64,000 bases of DNA from Bugula neritina (taxonomy: Eukaryota; Animalia; Bryozoa): contig OZ037771.1 in assembly GCA_964035545.1 (NCBI GenBank), positions 4,475,628 through 4,539,627 on the forward strand, read 5' to 3'. Numbering within the stretch: the first letter of the stretch is position 1; each line of letters opens with the position of its first letter. The translations under genes were made by a program, and so were the position numbers. Below are positions 1-38,108 of this stretch, piece by piece. The notes beneath the pieces were generated by a model. It made no database searches. It saw nothing but the letters and a program-made list of their open reading frames with translations, and had not been told where the DNA came from.

Positions 1-3000
1 CGGCTGGAATTAATGAGATGACTGTATAATAGCGTGACACGTTTTTTCAGTGCATAGCTGAGATTATAAACTTATCTGGAGTTAATATCCGGAGTCTAAA
101 CACTAGTCATAATGATTTTTAAGTGGCACTGATCTAAAAGTCGCACCTAATTTATAGGAAGTGCACATTAGTTTATCAAGTTTCAACCACCCCATTTCAG
201 TATAGTTTTATTATTGCAACTTTATCTAGTTATTGGAAGTGGTTTACAGCTAGATTTAGGTCAGATTGTACTCTTCTATGACTACGGTGTAAGATCTTTT
301 GTTTTCCTTGCAAATTTGGCAAGAATTTGATTACAGACGCTAGTAGATATACTTTAGCTCTTGTCGACTATTAGAATATAAGTTTGTATATCTATAAGTA
401 TAAGCTGATTGGACTGGAATATGTGTACTGAATTTCAGACATGCATTTCCTTGTTGTTTTGATTTTCCTTTAATAAATTGTTTACGAACCAAGTTGGTAC
501 ATTTGAAACTACTAAGGTATGTAAAGCATTCAATTAGTTCAAAGTTGCCAGCTCTTTTAACACTCCTTCATTATTTTGACTTTTAAAATCTCTTACTCTA
601 CCTTAACTATTGAAATCGTATATAGTTATTATATTAATATTGAGGTTGAGTCGAATATAAAACGACCCAACAACTTACTGCTACTATAGTGAATAATAGT
701 TATACTTATAAAATTGCGTTATAGGAAGAGCTGTACAGTTATACTAATTAGTAAACTTCTGTAAGGCAAAAACCAAAAAGTATACACCAATATTGTATAC
801 TGTAGGTATAGTGTATAGTGTATAGTGTACAGGCTTAGAGTCAACTCTTACCTTCATAGCAGCTGCTTATAAAACTCAAAGCTCTTTGTTCTGTGCTTTA
901 ATTAATCAAGAAACCTCGTGCTCTAAATCACGACCTTTGCAGTGCAAACTTCAATAAAAACTGATGTTAGGCTTAGCTAATGTGTTGTTTTATGCCAACT
1001 CAGTACGTTACATTAGAGCACGAGGGAGAGAAGTGAAAGCGTCATCAAATAGCCTTAGATCTTACAGACAAACTTTGATCTAACGAGATAGTTCGTTTAC
1101 TCCTATTCTATTCGTATAAAAAATACTTCCTCGCTAACGCTTTTATCGTTGTAGCCAATCAAGTTGCGGTATTGAATCACCCACGTTGTTTACACTCTAT
1201 TTGCGCAGTACAGCGGCCTGTCAAACTGTTGCGGAATAATAGGCACGGAAAACTAACATACGTTTACATTATTTAGATGGTTGCCAATGACAACGGCAAT
1301 AATTTGATACTTATTATTGTGCCGGTGAAAGAGTATAGGAAATGATTAACACAAATTACAAAACCAGCTTCTAGAATCTAGCACTATATAATATTTCAAT
1401 TAGGCAAAAGTGTCCTAAGCACTTGTCATTAAAATATGAACTTAGACTACCTTTATTTAATGTGTGCATCAGGTGAAATGTCTTGCATAGTAACTACCTG
1501 CAATGATTCACCAACCATTTTCAATGCAACAAAATAAAACTTGTAAACAGTAAATAGGCTTGCCAACAACAGTCATTTGCTATGTCACACTTATTGTGCT
1601 AACTCTTAACTACTAACAATTATACAAAGTCCAATGTTATATTTACTTGCTACTATACTATATAATACTATATTTTAATATAATATATCATATTATGTTA
1701 TACTACATTATTTTATATTGGCCACTATATTATACAGTAAACTACACTCTATATTTCACATTTTATATATATTATATTGTTTAACTACCTTACAAACTGA
1801 TTAATGACATATTTAGTATATTATGGGCTGCCTAATATTATGAGTTTTATAACACTGCTTCCTGGACAGCAATTCCATAAATTTTTGTAAAACCACTTCC
1901 TTTTGATTATTCAATGACTAATACCTTTATGAATGTACACGATGATGACCGTACAGTGTTGATTCATCAAGCATAATATTTATAAACAAGTTGTTTAATA
2001 TCTGCAATGGAAGATGAGCCAAGTGCTGACCTATTAGATAATGCTAGAGAGAGGGTGGCTGCCACTCAATGCATTTATATAAAATAAACACTGATAAATG
2101 CAATGTACCAGCACAAAGAAACATGCACTAAAAGCCACAAATTTGCAGCTGTAAGCACTGCAGCTAGAGTAACTTTTAGCAATAACTTGCCATTCAAGCT
2201 CTACATTAGCTTTTAATAAATATTATTGATAACATTATGAGTCAGCGGCCATTTTCAGGAAGATTAGGGTGATGGTAGGCCCCCATTTTACAACGGCTTA
2301 AAGCGACTAGAATATGCATGCACTTCCTTCTAACCAGCTCATTTCCTTAGTGCATTATGCTGGCTGTGGATTCGGAGTTAAATAACAACAGTCTACACTT
2401 GGTGGAATTTATTTTACAGAATTGCCCTAAAATTATATTTCAAATGCTCACTGAATACGTGACCTATGACAAGTTAAGGTTCTACCATATTACTATAAGA
2501 ACTATGGTAGCAATAAAATTTAGGGGAGTTGCAGAATTAGCCCTAACCTATGTTAGTGACGTACCTTAGGAGCTTATACTAGATTTGGTATAGAAGCCTT
2601 ATCATAATCAGATTCTCTTCCTGGTGTTACCAAAATGACTTTTTTAGACTTAGATCTATCTACTTTTAGGACATGTGTCAAACCCCTCCAACCACTACAG
2701 TTTCTATTTTGATAAACTGTCTCTTTTACATGCTTGAATAAGCTTTTGAATTGGGTTATCAACTATTTGGTAGCAGTTCTTCAAGCCAGGATGTTGAAAA
2801 ACACAATATATTTTTGTCGTAGCTTATAGTACAGCATTAGCAGATGTATTGCATTATTGATCCTCATAGGGTATGCATATTATGCACTTAAGTTGTTTCT
2901 ATATTTTGTGGCATAACAGAGTTACATGGTTGTTTATTATTTATTCACAGGAGTTACCCATATAATGAGCCATTCGCCCACGTGCTGCCTGTACAATCTG

Positions 3001-5176
3001 AGTGATGCCCATAGAACCAAGTGCTGCTATTAAATTATAGTCATTGATGGAACTGCAAAATAATTGAAAGTCTCTTTTGTGCATTATTAATGTACACATG
3101 GACTCTTATGTAATCAATTAGCATGTGACAGCTTCCATGTACTAATTGACATCTAACACCCACACACTTGTGTCTGTTGAGACTAGACATGCTGCCAGAC
3201 ATGCAGCAAGTTTAAGCCTGTGGCTGTTGCCATCATTTATAACTAAAGGTACCTATCTGCGGCTATATGGAAGGTTTGTAGGGACTAAACTGAAGTGACG
3301 TCAAAGTTTGGAAATCAATTTTCATATACATGAAGGTATTTAAACAATTTAGGACTAATGATTATATTATTGCCACATGTTCCTATCACCTAGCATGGAA
3401 ATATTTGCAAAATAATCATATACCAAAAAACATGATGTTTTCAGGCTTTTAGATATATTACGTTGTAACATTTTTTAGATTTCAAGTGTTCAAAACTTTT
3501 GATTTATCATATGGTTGAATGATTCAACATCAATACTATAAAGTCTAGATTTGGAAAGATGAACAACCATATGGGGAGCTATAAAGACCTTAGCACCAGT
3601 TAAGTCAGATAACTTGCATGTAATGGACAAAAATGCCATCACAAAAAGAGAAATTTATTAGTAAATTCTATTCTGAGTCAATGGACCAAGACTAAAGCAA
3701 TATTCAGCTTAAAATCATACTTTTTAAAACAGAGTTTGTAGGGGGTGAGGTGGGGTGAGTGAGAGGGTGGGGTGGACCATAGGCTTCTTTTCTATGGAAT
3801 CAACATGAAACAGTTTTCATCCTAATAAACTCTATTGCAAAACTAATATACTAGACCCAAGAGAGAAAGAGAATTGGACATGCATGGTTATGAAAAGCAG
3901 AAAACATCAACAACATAATATGATTAGATTACAGCTAGATTACCGAGGTGACATGCAGGGGCTATTATATAAATGGTGTGCAGTGGCAGTGAGGGTGTGA
4001 TTTGCAATTATTAAGGTCAATGCAACAGTTCAGAAAACAAATACAATGTAGCCTCATTTTTCAAGATCCGTAAGCATAAACTCTGCAAGTTTGTGAATGT
4101 AATTGATATGCATTCACCGCAACCTTCACCGAACACCAATGACTGTTATAAACCTGGAACATAATATTTTTATATAGAATTGCTGACCCATGCTGTATAC
4201 CAACCTTGGTAGGAGGTAGAAGAGCTAATTTTTGACCTGATTACAAATAGGTCATCATTCTTAAGCATCTCTAAATGCTGGAGCTACAGATGTACAAACT
4301 GAACATATCTCAAGCCAAAACAACTTTTCTCCCAAATAATGGAAGAAAAAATAACAAAAATAACAATAAATCATTTGATACTGCTTTTAATGTAACTTGA
4401 AGCTGTGCTTGTTTGTTGATAGAAGTCTTTTGTGTTATGCAATTCATTGGATTAACATCTGTGATTACTTAATATGTTTTTATGAGCTAACAAACTTATG
4501 GTTATGAAAGGGGTGAAAACATGGGTCTTAGGATACTGAGAAAAATAAAATTTATATTTAAAACCACTAGTAGAAAGCCTGAGCCTGAGTTAGCAATTAA
4601 TTAAACAAATAGGCTTATAATACAAATGACGTTTATATTTGAAAGCGTCTAGTCATATATGGATATATTACACTGTTTGCTTAATTTCATTGAAAAATCT
4701 AATGAATGGAATGTTTGTAGAACAAATTAAAAAAACTAAGAACATATGTTTAACAGCTTATTAAGGCTCACCAGTTTATTAAATTTAGATATAAATATAT
4801 TATTGTTTGGTAAATATTAGCTACGGATATAATATTTGCTGAAACGCCCATGTAATTATTGTTCCTCCGGAAATATCATATATTCCTTTTTTCAAGTGAA
4901 ATGTCAACATTCTATGTAAAAGAAGTTGAACTATAAAGGTGACTCTCACCCCTAATTGAATTACCTAATGCTACAATTATACCTACAAGGTTGAATTCAT
5001 AAAGCCTACGCAGAGGAAAACTGAGAGCACTGTTGATATTCGTACCTGGGCACAAATTCTACCCAAAATGTTATTTAAGTTGTATATTTAATGGAGTTAC
5101 AACAGTAACCCTAAGTGTTCGCTATATAATATATTTGCCTGTAAAAGTATATGCTTCATAAACTGTTACAGCGCAA

Positions 5177-5335
5177 TGTGTGTGCGTGCGTGTGGAGTGT
5201 GGAGTGTGGAGTGTGGAGTGTGTGAGTGTGTGACTGTGTGTATGTGTGTATGTGTGTGTGTATGTGTGTGTGTGCGTGTGTGCGTGTGTGTGTGTGCGTG
5301 TGTGCGTGTGTGCATGTGTGTGTGCGTGTGTGTGT
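5177..5335. repeat. (TG)n compound microsatellite
   Basis: Directly visible TG/TGCG/TGTGGAG runs. Confidence 0.95.
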
Positions 5336-8244
5336 TTGAGTTTTTGTCACATTTCTTATCAAATATAAAGCGCAAGAGCAATAAATTATATAAATATACA
5401 CTTTATTTTAGTAATTACTTGTATTGCTTATAAATGTCACTTTCCCCGGAAACAGTTATAAATCAGTTGTTTCCCCTCATAGCTAGAAGAAATTTGACAT
5501 GAAATAATTATTCATGTATGAGACGATTGATTGAAGTACAAGAATAAAATGTCAGACAACTCCTTGTTGATATTTCAGAAGTTAGCTAATTTTAATATCA
5601 AAGGTATAATAACAGCAATATTATAGTGTATAGCTACTTAGACTATGATTATGATTGGGTTGAAAAGCAATATATTTATTCTTACTATACTAGTTTACAC
5701 ACTTAAAGTCACGTATACATTATAATTACATTATTGATTTTGCAGTTACAGTTGCAGAGCTGACATGTTGCTATGGTGATAAGGATAAACGAAATAACAT
5801 AAATCATATATATAATAGTATAGGGTATGGCATCTGAGTATATATAATAACATTATTGCAACCAATCTAAGCTCACGTACTATTTACCCAGGGTTTTAGA
5901 GTTAATTACTAGCAAGAGAAGGCCATGCATCAAGCTGCAACTGCAAAATCTCTTACTGAAGTCTAGATTTCTTTATTCCACATAACTATAATAATGCTGA
6001 ATTAACCAACACACACTCACTTACAAATCAAATTGTTCAGCAAATGAAAGTCTAAATTTTGTAAATTATAACCATGCAAAAGGTCAGTATTTCTCAGGTA
6101 AAAGGTCAAGCTAATCAGATTTAAAAAAGGCTCTTTAAAAATATGAGTTCTAAAATCTTGGATTAACTGTCACATTTCTATCGCTGCCATTTTCAAACAA
6201 AAAGGTGCTACTCATATGCTAAACGTCATGTCTCTTCTTCGAATCCTCTCCAATTTCTCACTTGTAGCTTGACTGGCTAAGTCTCCAACAATGCTTAAAA
6301 TGAACTTCAAAGAGATTGAATACCAATTATAGATTGAATGTCTGAAAACTCCAAACAATGGTGACTCCCTGCGTATAACGTTGCTATTTTAGTTTGAGTT
6401 TGGCAAAGGTTTGAGTTTGCTATCTATCATCTTTTCAGTTCATTGATCCTATCTATTGATATAAATAGTATACGTAGTTATCATACTATGATAATTAGAT
6501 GGGTGCTCAACAAATATATTATGGTAATGTATAAGGCCATTATATATTACATTAGTTATGCTATGTGTAAGCTAACACACCACATACATATTTTACATAG
6601 GTTTAAACTCGCGAGCTTCACATAATTATTCATAGCCACATTCTAAAACATCATAGTCCATGACAAGTTGCGTGTATTCCTAGTCAATACCATAAAAAAA
6701 ATGTTGCAGATATTTTACATAAATTAAATTTATTGGCACTTAAACGCCCATAATTATATGAATCAATTTATATGCATACACGATTATGCTTTATGCAACT
6801 GCGTAATGTTCAATATTGTCTACACCCTGCAAACTCCTTTTTATTCTATTATATATACATGAAACCAGATTTTTGTACAACCTATTTCTAACACTTATAG
6901 CATGATATTCCATAGCATGCAGGCTGCAGCTAATAATATTTATGCCTTAACAAGTCTTTTCAACTTTTAGCAGTGAAACTGAAACCCTAGCATGCTATGT
7001 TCAAAGGAAACTTAGCATGTGAACCTGGACTCTATCATCAGAAGTGAATAGTCTGGAATGGAACCTGTCTACTTGCCTAATCAAAACAAAAGCTCTAAGC
7101 TAATGTGGTTATAGAAACAAATGACCCACAATGCATACATGCATCATGCACAAATTTGTACTCGTTTCACGCTCCACTCTACAGTATCCATGTGATGTAT
7201 CCTAAAAAGGAAAGAAAAATGACCTTTAATATACTTTGTTATTAGTTTTCCATTAATAGCAATATTCCTCGAGGATACACTTGCACGCTGATTGTGTTAT
7301 ATTGATTTACTATGAGAATGATGTCATATCGGCATAGGATAATTAGTTTGCTGTACGCAGCAGCGTTATCTAACTACGTGATTGTAAAATCAAGATAAGA
7401 CAGCTGTACCAAGCAAAAACATTTATTTCAATAGCAGAATACAGTGAAGCAAATATAATCCATTAGAAACTGGTTTCAAAACAAGTCAGAAATATGTTCT
7501 AATCAATAAGGAAAGGATTACTAAATTATTGCGCAATGCATACGATATACAACTTTACAATGTTTGTTTGCACCAACTATATAAGGTGTTGGCAACTGAT
7601 TATCAAAACAAAATTACAACCTGTCAGATAACTTTACTAGGTGTGAGAATAAAAGTATTAAAAATAATAAATGATACTATATTACATATTGTTTATGCCA
7701 GCACCATAGAATAAACAATATTATGTCGTAGTAATATCAGCTGAATTGGAATGAGATATAAGAGAGTATGTAATATGAGGATTTTCAGCCAATGCGATGA
7801 GTTAGTGCATAACTTTGCTCTGCATCATGCAGCTAACAATTATGGCCGACATAATAAAATTAATGACAAACATTTTAAAACGATTCTGCAATACAAGCAC
7901 TTTATGTTTTGTTGAAATTTATGATGCTTTTAACTAACTGGTACTCCTTACAGATGCCCCCCACCTGTGAAGTTGCTCCCAGACTATAACAGGGTGCTCA
8001 CACTACAATGAGATAGTCTATACTCTATCCTGTATCAACTTAGAGGATGCGCCAGCTTGCCTCAAATGCTGCAGCAGACACTCCTGACCTATGAAAGAGT
8101 TGATGTGTAATAAAGTAGACGTGGAACTATGAAGACATCTTTGCTCAGATTAAATTAGAAAGGTAGGAACTTTAGAACTTAAATTTTTATGCTACAAAAA
8201 TGTTTGCTAGAGAACTCTAGAACCTACTAATTGCTTGAAGTCTC

Positions 8245-8385
8245 CATCCCTGTGAAAACCCCTGATATGAAAAGGGATTTTAATCAGGCAAAGATTACCG
8301 GCCTTTACCATGCTGGCTTCACATTGAGGAGTAATTATGATAGGATGCTCTTCCCGGCATCCATCAAGGATCTAGATTCAAACCC
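8245..8385 (-). mobile_element. tRNA-derived SINE fragment, followed by a second tRNA-like head on + (about 8420-8490)
   Basis: catccctgtgaaaacccctgat...gatgctcttcccggcatc...ttcaaaccc matches the family tail, body and B box. Confidence 0.6.
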
Positions 8386-9624
8386 ATTGTAGTGTTGAGA
8401 TTCGCCAGCACCCCCCCCCTCATAGTGAAATGGATACCGCTGGCTGTTAAGTTGGAGGTTTGTGGTTGATCCCTGGTGGGGGCAGAAGTTTTACACTCAT
8501 GACCTGTGGTTACACTTGGCTTTCGTTCTAACCACTAGTCCATGGCTACTCGCACAAAAGTAATTGCTAGAGATGGTAGTAAAATCAGATCCCCATGCTT
8601 TACTTTTGAAACAACAGATGACTACACACAGAAACTGGAATTGCTCTCTTGAAGATGGGATATGATGACAGAATCCTGGCTAGCCACTGCTGCCAAAACT
8701 GGCAGCTTATGTAACATGCAGGGATATTTACTAGTAAAAAGGGAAAGCAACTCCATTGCTATGCAAACACTCCTATAATATACAATAATGTAAAGTAGAC
8801 AAATGCACCAACAACAACATAATATATTGCAACACAACAGTATTTTTATTGCACCTGAAAAAATCTAATCTTCGATCTTTCAAGCCATTTATCTGAATTT
8901 TTGTGAAGAGGCAATTAGCATTAGCTGGCAGTTAAAACTGAACAAACATGCTTGAAAATACACAAAGCAAATACTTTGGCAAGAAACTGATAATATATTT
9001 ATTTATTTTGGTGAATAACAATTAATGAAAACAAGGTTGTTGTAGTACATAATCAATAGGAGGCTATAAATACATACAGAGCACGTTTAGTGTACTCATG
9101 TGCTTGCATTATAGGTGAGATTTTTAAGTTTAGAGTCAGCACTCTATACCTGGGAGTGGCAGACATTTATATGGCATCAGATACATTCAAGTGCTGACTT
9201 GAAATCCACTGCCTATACCACGTATCCAAGTCAGGACGAAAGTTAATAACTTGATGACTGTAAGTTTATAGCAAACTTTTACATTATGAACATTTTAGTG
9301 AAACAGGAAATGCAAAAAATGACCGAAGACACCTCAAAAGCTTAGCCATGACATGTGAAATTTATTTACATAAAAAAACTAATGTTTAATATTCACAAAC
9401 TGAAAAAATCATCAATATTTTTACAAAGTTTTCACCAACAAAATACCTCCAGCCAATTCAACCATGTATTATATGCACGGTATTACAGAATATAGTAGAT
9501 ATATAGGTAATATACAATCCAATAAAAATATATACATATATCATATACCATAGCCTAAGCTGATAATATCAATAACCATAGTCACTGTGTCCAGTGTAAG
9601 TAAAATTAATGTACAGAACTAAAA

Positions 9625-25071
<15,447 letters not shown>

Positions 25072-27010
25072 ACCGACGCGCTTCTTCAATACCAGATTTA
25101 AACAACTCTCACAATATTTTATGACAGTAAAACAAACAAAAGTTTTTAGTTAAACTATGAATTAAGTTGTGTAAGTTAGCTTAAAATATGTCCAATTCAT
25201 TGTTGCCACATATGTTTTGACAGGTACAGAAGCAGTGAGACAGCCTTTTGGCTTTAGTTTTGTGGCTAACGAGCAATAAGATTTGTAAAAAATAATAAAA
25301 AGTGTGTTTTTAAGTGAAATGGTTTTGAGGTTATAAGAACTATAAGACATGCATGGCTAATGAGAATCAGTCCACACAAAATACTTCTCCTCAACATACA
25401 AAGTTTATAAATTAAGCATCAATGACTGCCTGTTGCCATGAGAGAAAAACTAGTATCAGTCTATCTAACATTTATATTTACTACAATAACAATTATAGCT
25501 CTTGAATCCAAAATTCCCCAACAATCCGAAAACTTTGAATAGTACAACATATTAAAAAAAATTTAAATAATAATTTTTAGTATTTCCCAACTGTAACACC
25601 TGAGGCAATACATCTCTATGTTTAGGCTAGTAGCCTATTACAGTTTCTTGAATTCTTTTAGATAAAATTAAAGTAGCATATAAGATGCTTTATTTTGAAA
25701 TTATTTAAAATAAATTGAATTGTTAACCATAAGTGATGCTTAAAAACAATTACATAAGTTAACTTTTAAGGTTTGATGTCTATTTTTAATGATAGCAGAA
25801 CAAGTATTTTGACTTGCCCAAAACAAAGTACAGACTAGGACTACACGACAGAGTAAGAATAACTATAATAACAATTACAATACTGTTACTAATACTAAAC
25901 GTGTTTGATAGCACTATCAATATCACTATGTCTAGAGCAATAGTATTAGTATGATACTATGTGAATGTCTATCAGTATTACTATTACGCATTAGCATTAT
26001 TAATGGTGTTGGTATAAAATTTATTTTTATCCCTTGAAAAACTACACTAGTTTAATTTTATCGTCGTCATTATGATTATTCATCGATTATTTAAATTATT
26101 ATTATAAATATTAATTATTATATGATTTAGTTGTACAATTATTAAGGCTTAGTATCAGTATGAGTATCAATATGAGTACACATATGATTGACACTAACTG
26201 CAATGGCAACAGTGCAGTCAGAGTTCACTCAAAATCAATACTTAGTCTTATACTTATAGTTATAGTCATACTGATACTCGTAGTGATAGTCACTGATACT
26301 GATAGTCATACTCATACTGAAAGTGATTCTCATGCTAAGCCTAATGTTTATATTTCACTATTTACACCATGAGTCCATGACTACCACTATCAGTATCAGT
26401 ATGACTATGAGTATCAGTATCGGTATGTAATACTAATATTAAATGTATGAGATTGAGTATCAGTATGACTATGAGACTATGAGTATGAGTATGGGTTCAT
26501 GATTATAATCATGATGATGATGATGATGATCATGAAGTGAACGTTAAACCAATTTTAATTTAGTTTTACCATGTCCTCAAGACATTCACTTGGAGTTTTA
26601 CATACTCATAATCATAATGATAGACACTCACGTAATCATACACATTAAAAATAACACTAACTAGTAACACTAACTGCTACTATCAGCAGTACCAGTAAGT
26701 GTAACACTAACTACTAACTACTAACTAGTAAGAACAGTATTACACCATTTAATTTTGTGAATGTGAAGGTCAAGGCTACTTTAAGGTTGAGGTTAAATAA
26801 TAATTATATTAAATTGTTATTTTATTGGTTGACTGTAGAATAGCTGACCAATCAAGTTGTGTTGCCATGATACGTATAAGCAACTTTTTCAAAGTTAATG
26901 TATTAGTGTTGTTGGGAAGCTAAAGGTCAAATACAAGGACTTTGAAACTGAATTTGTTAAATTGAGAAGTTTTATCAATTGATAGACTCTTTTCATATTT
27001 GTATCTGAAG
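25072..27010. promoter_or_regulatory. Divergent promoter region between INTS4 and the 646-aa gene
   Basis: Head-to-head arrangement. CCAAT boxes near 26824 and 26848, X-box-like GTTGCCATGATAC at 26861-26873, and a candidate non-coding first-exon donor (aa|gtaagt) near 27010. Confidence 0.55.
25840..26745. repeat. Low-complexity hexamer/trimer-rich tract (AGTATG/AGTATC/CATACT, GAT, ACTA)
   Basis: Directly visible degenerate short-period repeats in the divergent promoter. Confidence 0.7.
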
Positions 27011-28095
27011 TAAGTTTTTTTAAAAAGTCAGCCAATAAAAGTGAGCGAATGGTTGTAATCAGATTCAGTTAAGTCTAGATATTCATGTTTATATTAGTAA
27101 CAGTAACATTTAACAGCTGCCATGAGTATGGCTCAATGACTCACGAGACTGAGTAAAATTCTAAAAACTAAGAAGTCATATCATTATTCAAGATGTCAAT
27201 TGTCACTTGCTTTAGCATAGAAGATGATGAAAAAATGTTAGTGAATATCTGGTGAGTCAGTATGAGTACTACATTAACTTTAAGAACAAGTGAATTCTAT
27301 TCGGCTATTCCGATTCGCTTTGCAGGGTTCAACTTCAAGTTGTGAAGAGGTTATTACATTTGCTAGAATTATCATACAGCCAGTATTCGCATTCATATTG
27401 CTCATTCTTAAGTGATTTGCTTATTGAGCCGTAATCGTATTGGCAACAGTCACCAGTGATAATGATTTCAGTAATTATATGGTCATTTAATTATAATGAT
27501 TATGACTGTAGTAAGTCTCTGTAATAACTATCACTGTGGCTATGGTTTTGACTAATTGATATGAGCATTATGCTTTTACAATGTCAAACAATCTGGCTAG
27601 CCTGCTCATACTGACGACTTATGAGAAAGGTGCCTTAATGGCTGCTGGCTTTATACTTGGTCACCTCTGTTTATTGGTACATTTTCTATATCAGATGTTC
27701 AAGTTATATAAATTTAATAATTGTTTAGCATATCAGTCAAAAATTCAGATTCTTTAATTATACATTGTGTAGCTTTGTTATAATCTAAAAAGTAAAAAAA
27801 TTTACACAGTGAATTAGTAAAATTTATACATTTAATATTATGTATACAGACTGTAACTTTTTTCATTATATGTAAAAAATAATTTTCAATGTTCATAAAG
27901 CAAAACTTAGCATAAATGGAATTAGTCCTCACTACTGTTGTCTAATATTTTGGTACCTACTTAGATGCTGTTAAGTTCTTGTACCTTATTGTTGAGTACA
28001 ACATTCAATAAAATTCATATTGTTGGCAGAATGAGCAGTGAAACAGCATAGCTACTACTACAGTATCTAAAACATTGAATACTACGGTTGTTTCA

Positions 28096-36385
<8,290 letters not shown>

Positions 36386-36502
36386 AATATACTTGTACAC
36401 ATTTGCTCAGCTGTAGAGAGAACTAGTTTGTCAATACAGTAGAGTACAGCTGCATATGAACTTTGACATGTCTGCATAACTTGACCTAATTAGATAAAGA
36501 AT

Positions 36503-37278
36503 CACCGGCTTTCCATGTACCGATCTCAGATCGATCTTAGCGAGATCGATCCATGGAAAGACGCCAAAGATCGATCTCCGTCGATCTGAGCTGGTCGGTC
36601 TGTGGAGCTCGAACTCAGATCGATCTCATGTCAATAAGACCATGGAAAGATGCCAGATCGATCTGAGAAGTAGAAAAAGACTGCGCGCTACAATGTTGTC
36701 TGCTAATAAAAATGATAACTTATTGATAATTACTAAGCAAAGTAATTAATAATTATGATAGCCACTTTTTCAGATGCCAAAACTTTGACTTTCAGTACAA
36801 TGATTAGGAAAACTCAATTATATGCAGTAGAAGGTAAAAAAATGGGAAAATTTAAATTGATTTTAAATGACTAATAAAACTTAGTTTCATTAGCTATTTT
36901 CTTTGTAATTTTAAGCCTAACAGTCTTGTAAGTTTATTAATAATCTGCTAGACAGCCATTAATTTTATATAAGCTGTCAAGCTAAAAAATTAAAATTAAT
37001 TATTTTAAATTGGCCAAATTACTATACACTGAAAGCTTTGCTGCGTATAGTTTATAGCTGGGATTAAACTTTAGACTATGACTATCTTGTTTTCAACAGC
37101 AGTAGCTTTAATCACTCAAATAGGTAAACAAATTATACTTTTAAAGTATCCTTCACTTAAGAGGAGGCAACTTCGCGAGATCAATCTGACACTCTCATGG
37201 AAAAACGATCGATCTGAGCACATTTCTCAGATCGATCTCAGCGAGATCGATCTGAGATCGGTACATGGAAAGCCCGTG
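36503..37278. mobile_element. MITE with about 35-bp TIRs (CAC...GTG ends, 3-bp TSD; CMC/CACTA-like by inference)
   Basis: Left CACCGGCTTTCCATGTACCGATCTCAGATCGATCT, right AGATCGATCTGAGATCGGTACATGGAAAGCCCGTG (1 mismatch). TSD AAT at 36500-36502 and 37279-37281. Many subterminal AGATCGATCT palindromes. Confidence 0.88.
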
Positions 37279-38108
37279 AATATGTGATGTGTTTAATTTA
37301 TGCAGTTTTGAAATATTTGGATATATGTTTCAACTACCACCTGCAGACTACTTGATAGTTTATACTCAAATCTTGTTGTTTTATAATAAATTTTGTGCAA
37401 ACATTTCTTGAATTAGTTTAAAATTTCTGATTCCTTGCTGCGACATTACCAATTAGCTCTGAAGTATTATAAAACTAATAGTAATCATTTCTAAAATTCA
37501 TTGCAAGCTATTCTTAGCTGCTGCAACACACATTTGCTTGATAATTGAAAGTTCAAAGTTTAAACTTTAAAGTGCTTGCCCCCTTGTCAAAACACACGCA
37601 TGCATGCACTATATAACTGATGATGTACTATGTAGAATTATTCTATACTTTATATACTATCTTTAGATGCACCAAAGATAGACTAAATTTTAGATCAAAA
37701 TAATGTTATATCAAAGTATAGGTTATATATGGTTTCAACCAATTTTATTGAAATGAATGAATAATAGTTTCAGCTAAAAATACATAGCTTTCACCATATT
37801 ATAGTGAAATAGCATTAAAACTCACTAAACCGCAAAAAATACATATTGCACATAAAATAAAATATAGGCTAATATAGATAACATATCAATACATATTATT
37901 ATATTATTTTCATAAAATGACACTTTATAGCATAGGGATATACTGAAGAACAAAATTATATAACTGTAAATCTGACAGCAATAAATATAATATGTACTAT
38001 ACAGCAAAGAGGTAATTTTAGAGCAATTTTAAACACAATGTTTTCAGCACATTGTTTGATAAGAAAGTGCTTTTAATCATGCATGCACAACTCAGTTTTT
38101 GACATACT

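Noticed and set aside
5156-5433. Three overlapping ORFs rich in HT/CV
   Set aside because: Translations of the (TG)n microsatellite.
1990-8100. Short exon-like segments (about 2007-2085, 2952-3030, 6215-6295, 7954-8090)
   Set aside because: They could not be chained by phase into a gene and show no recognisable homology.
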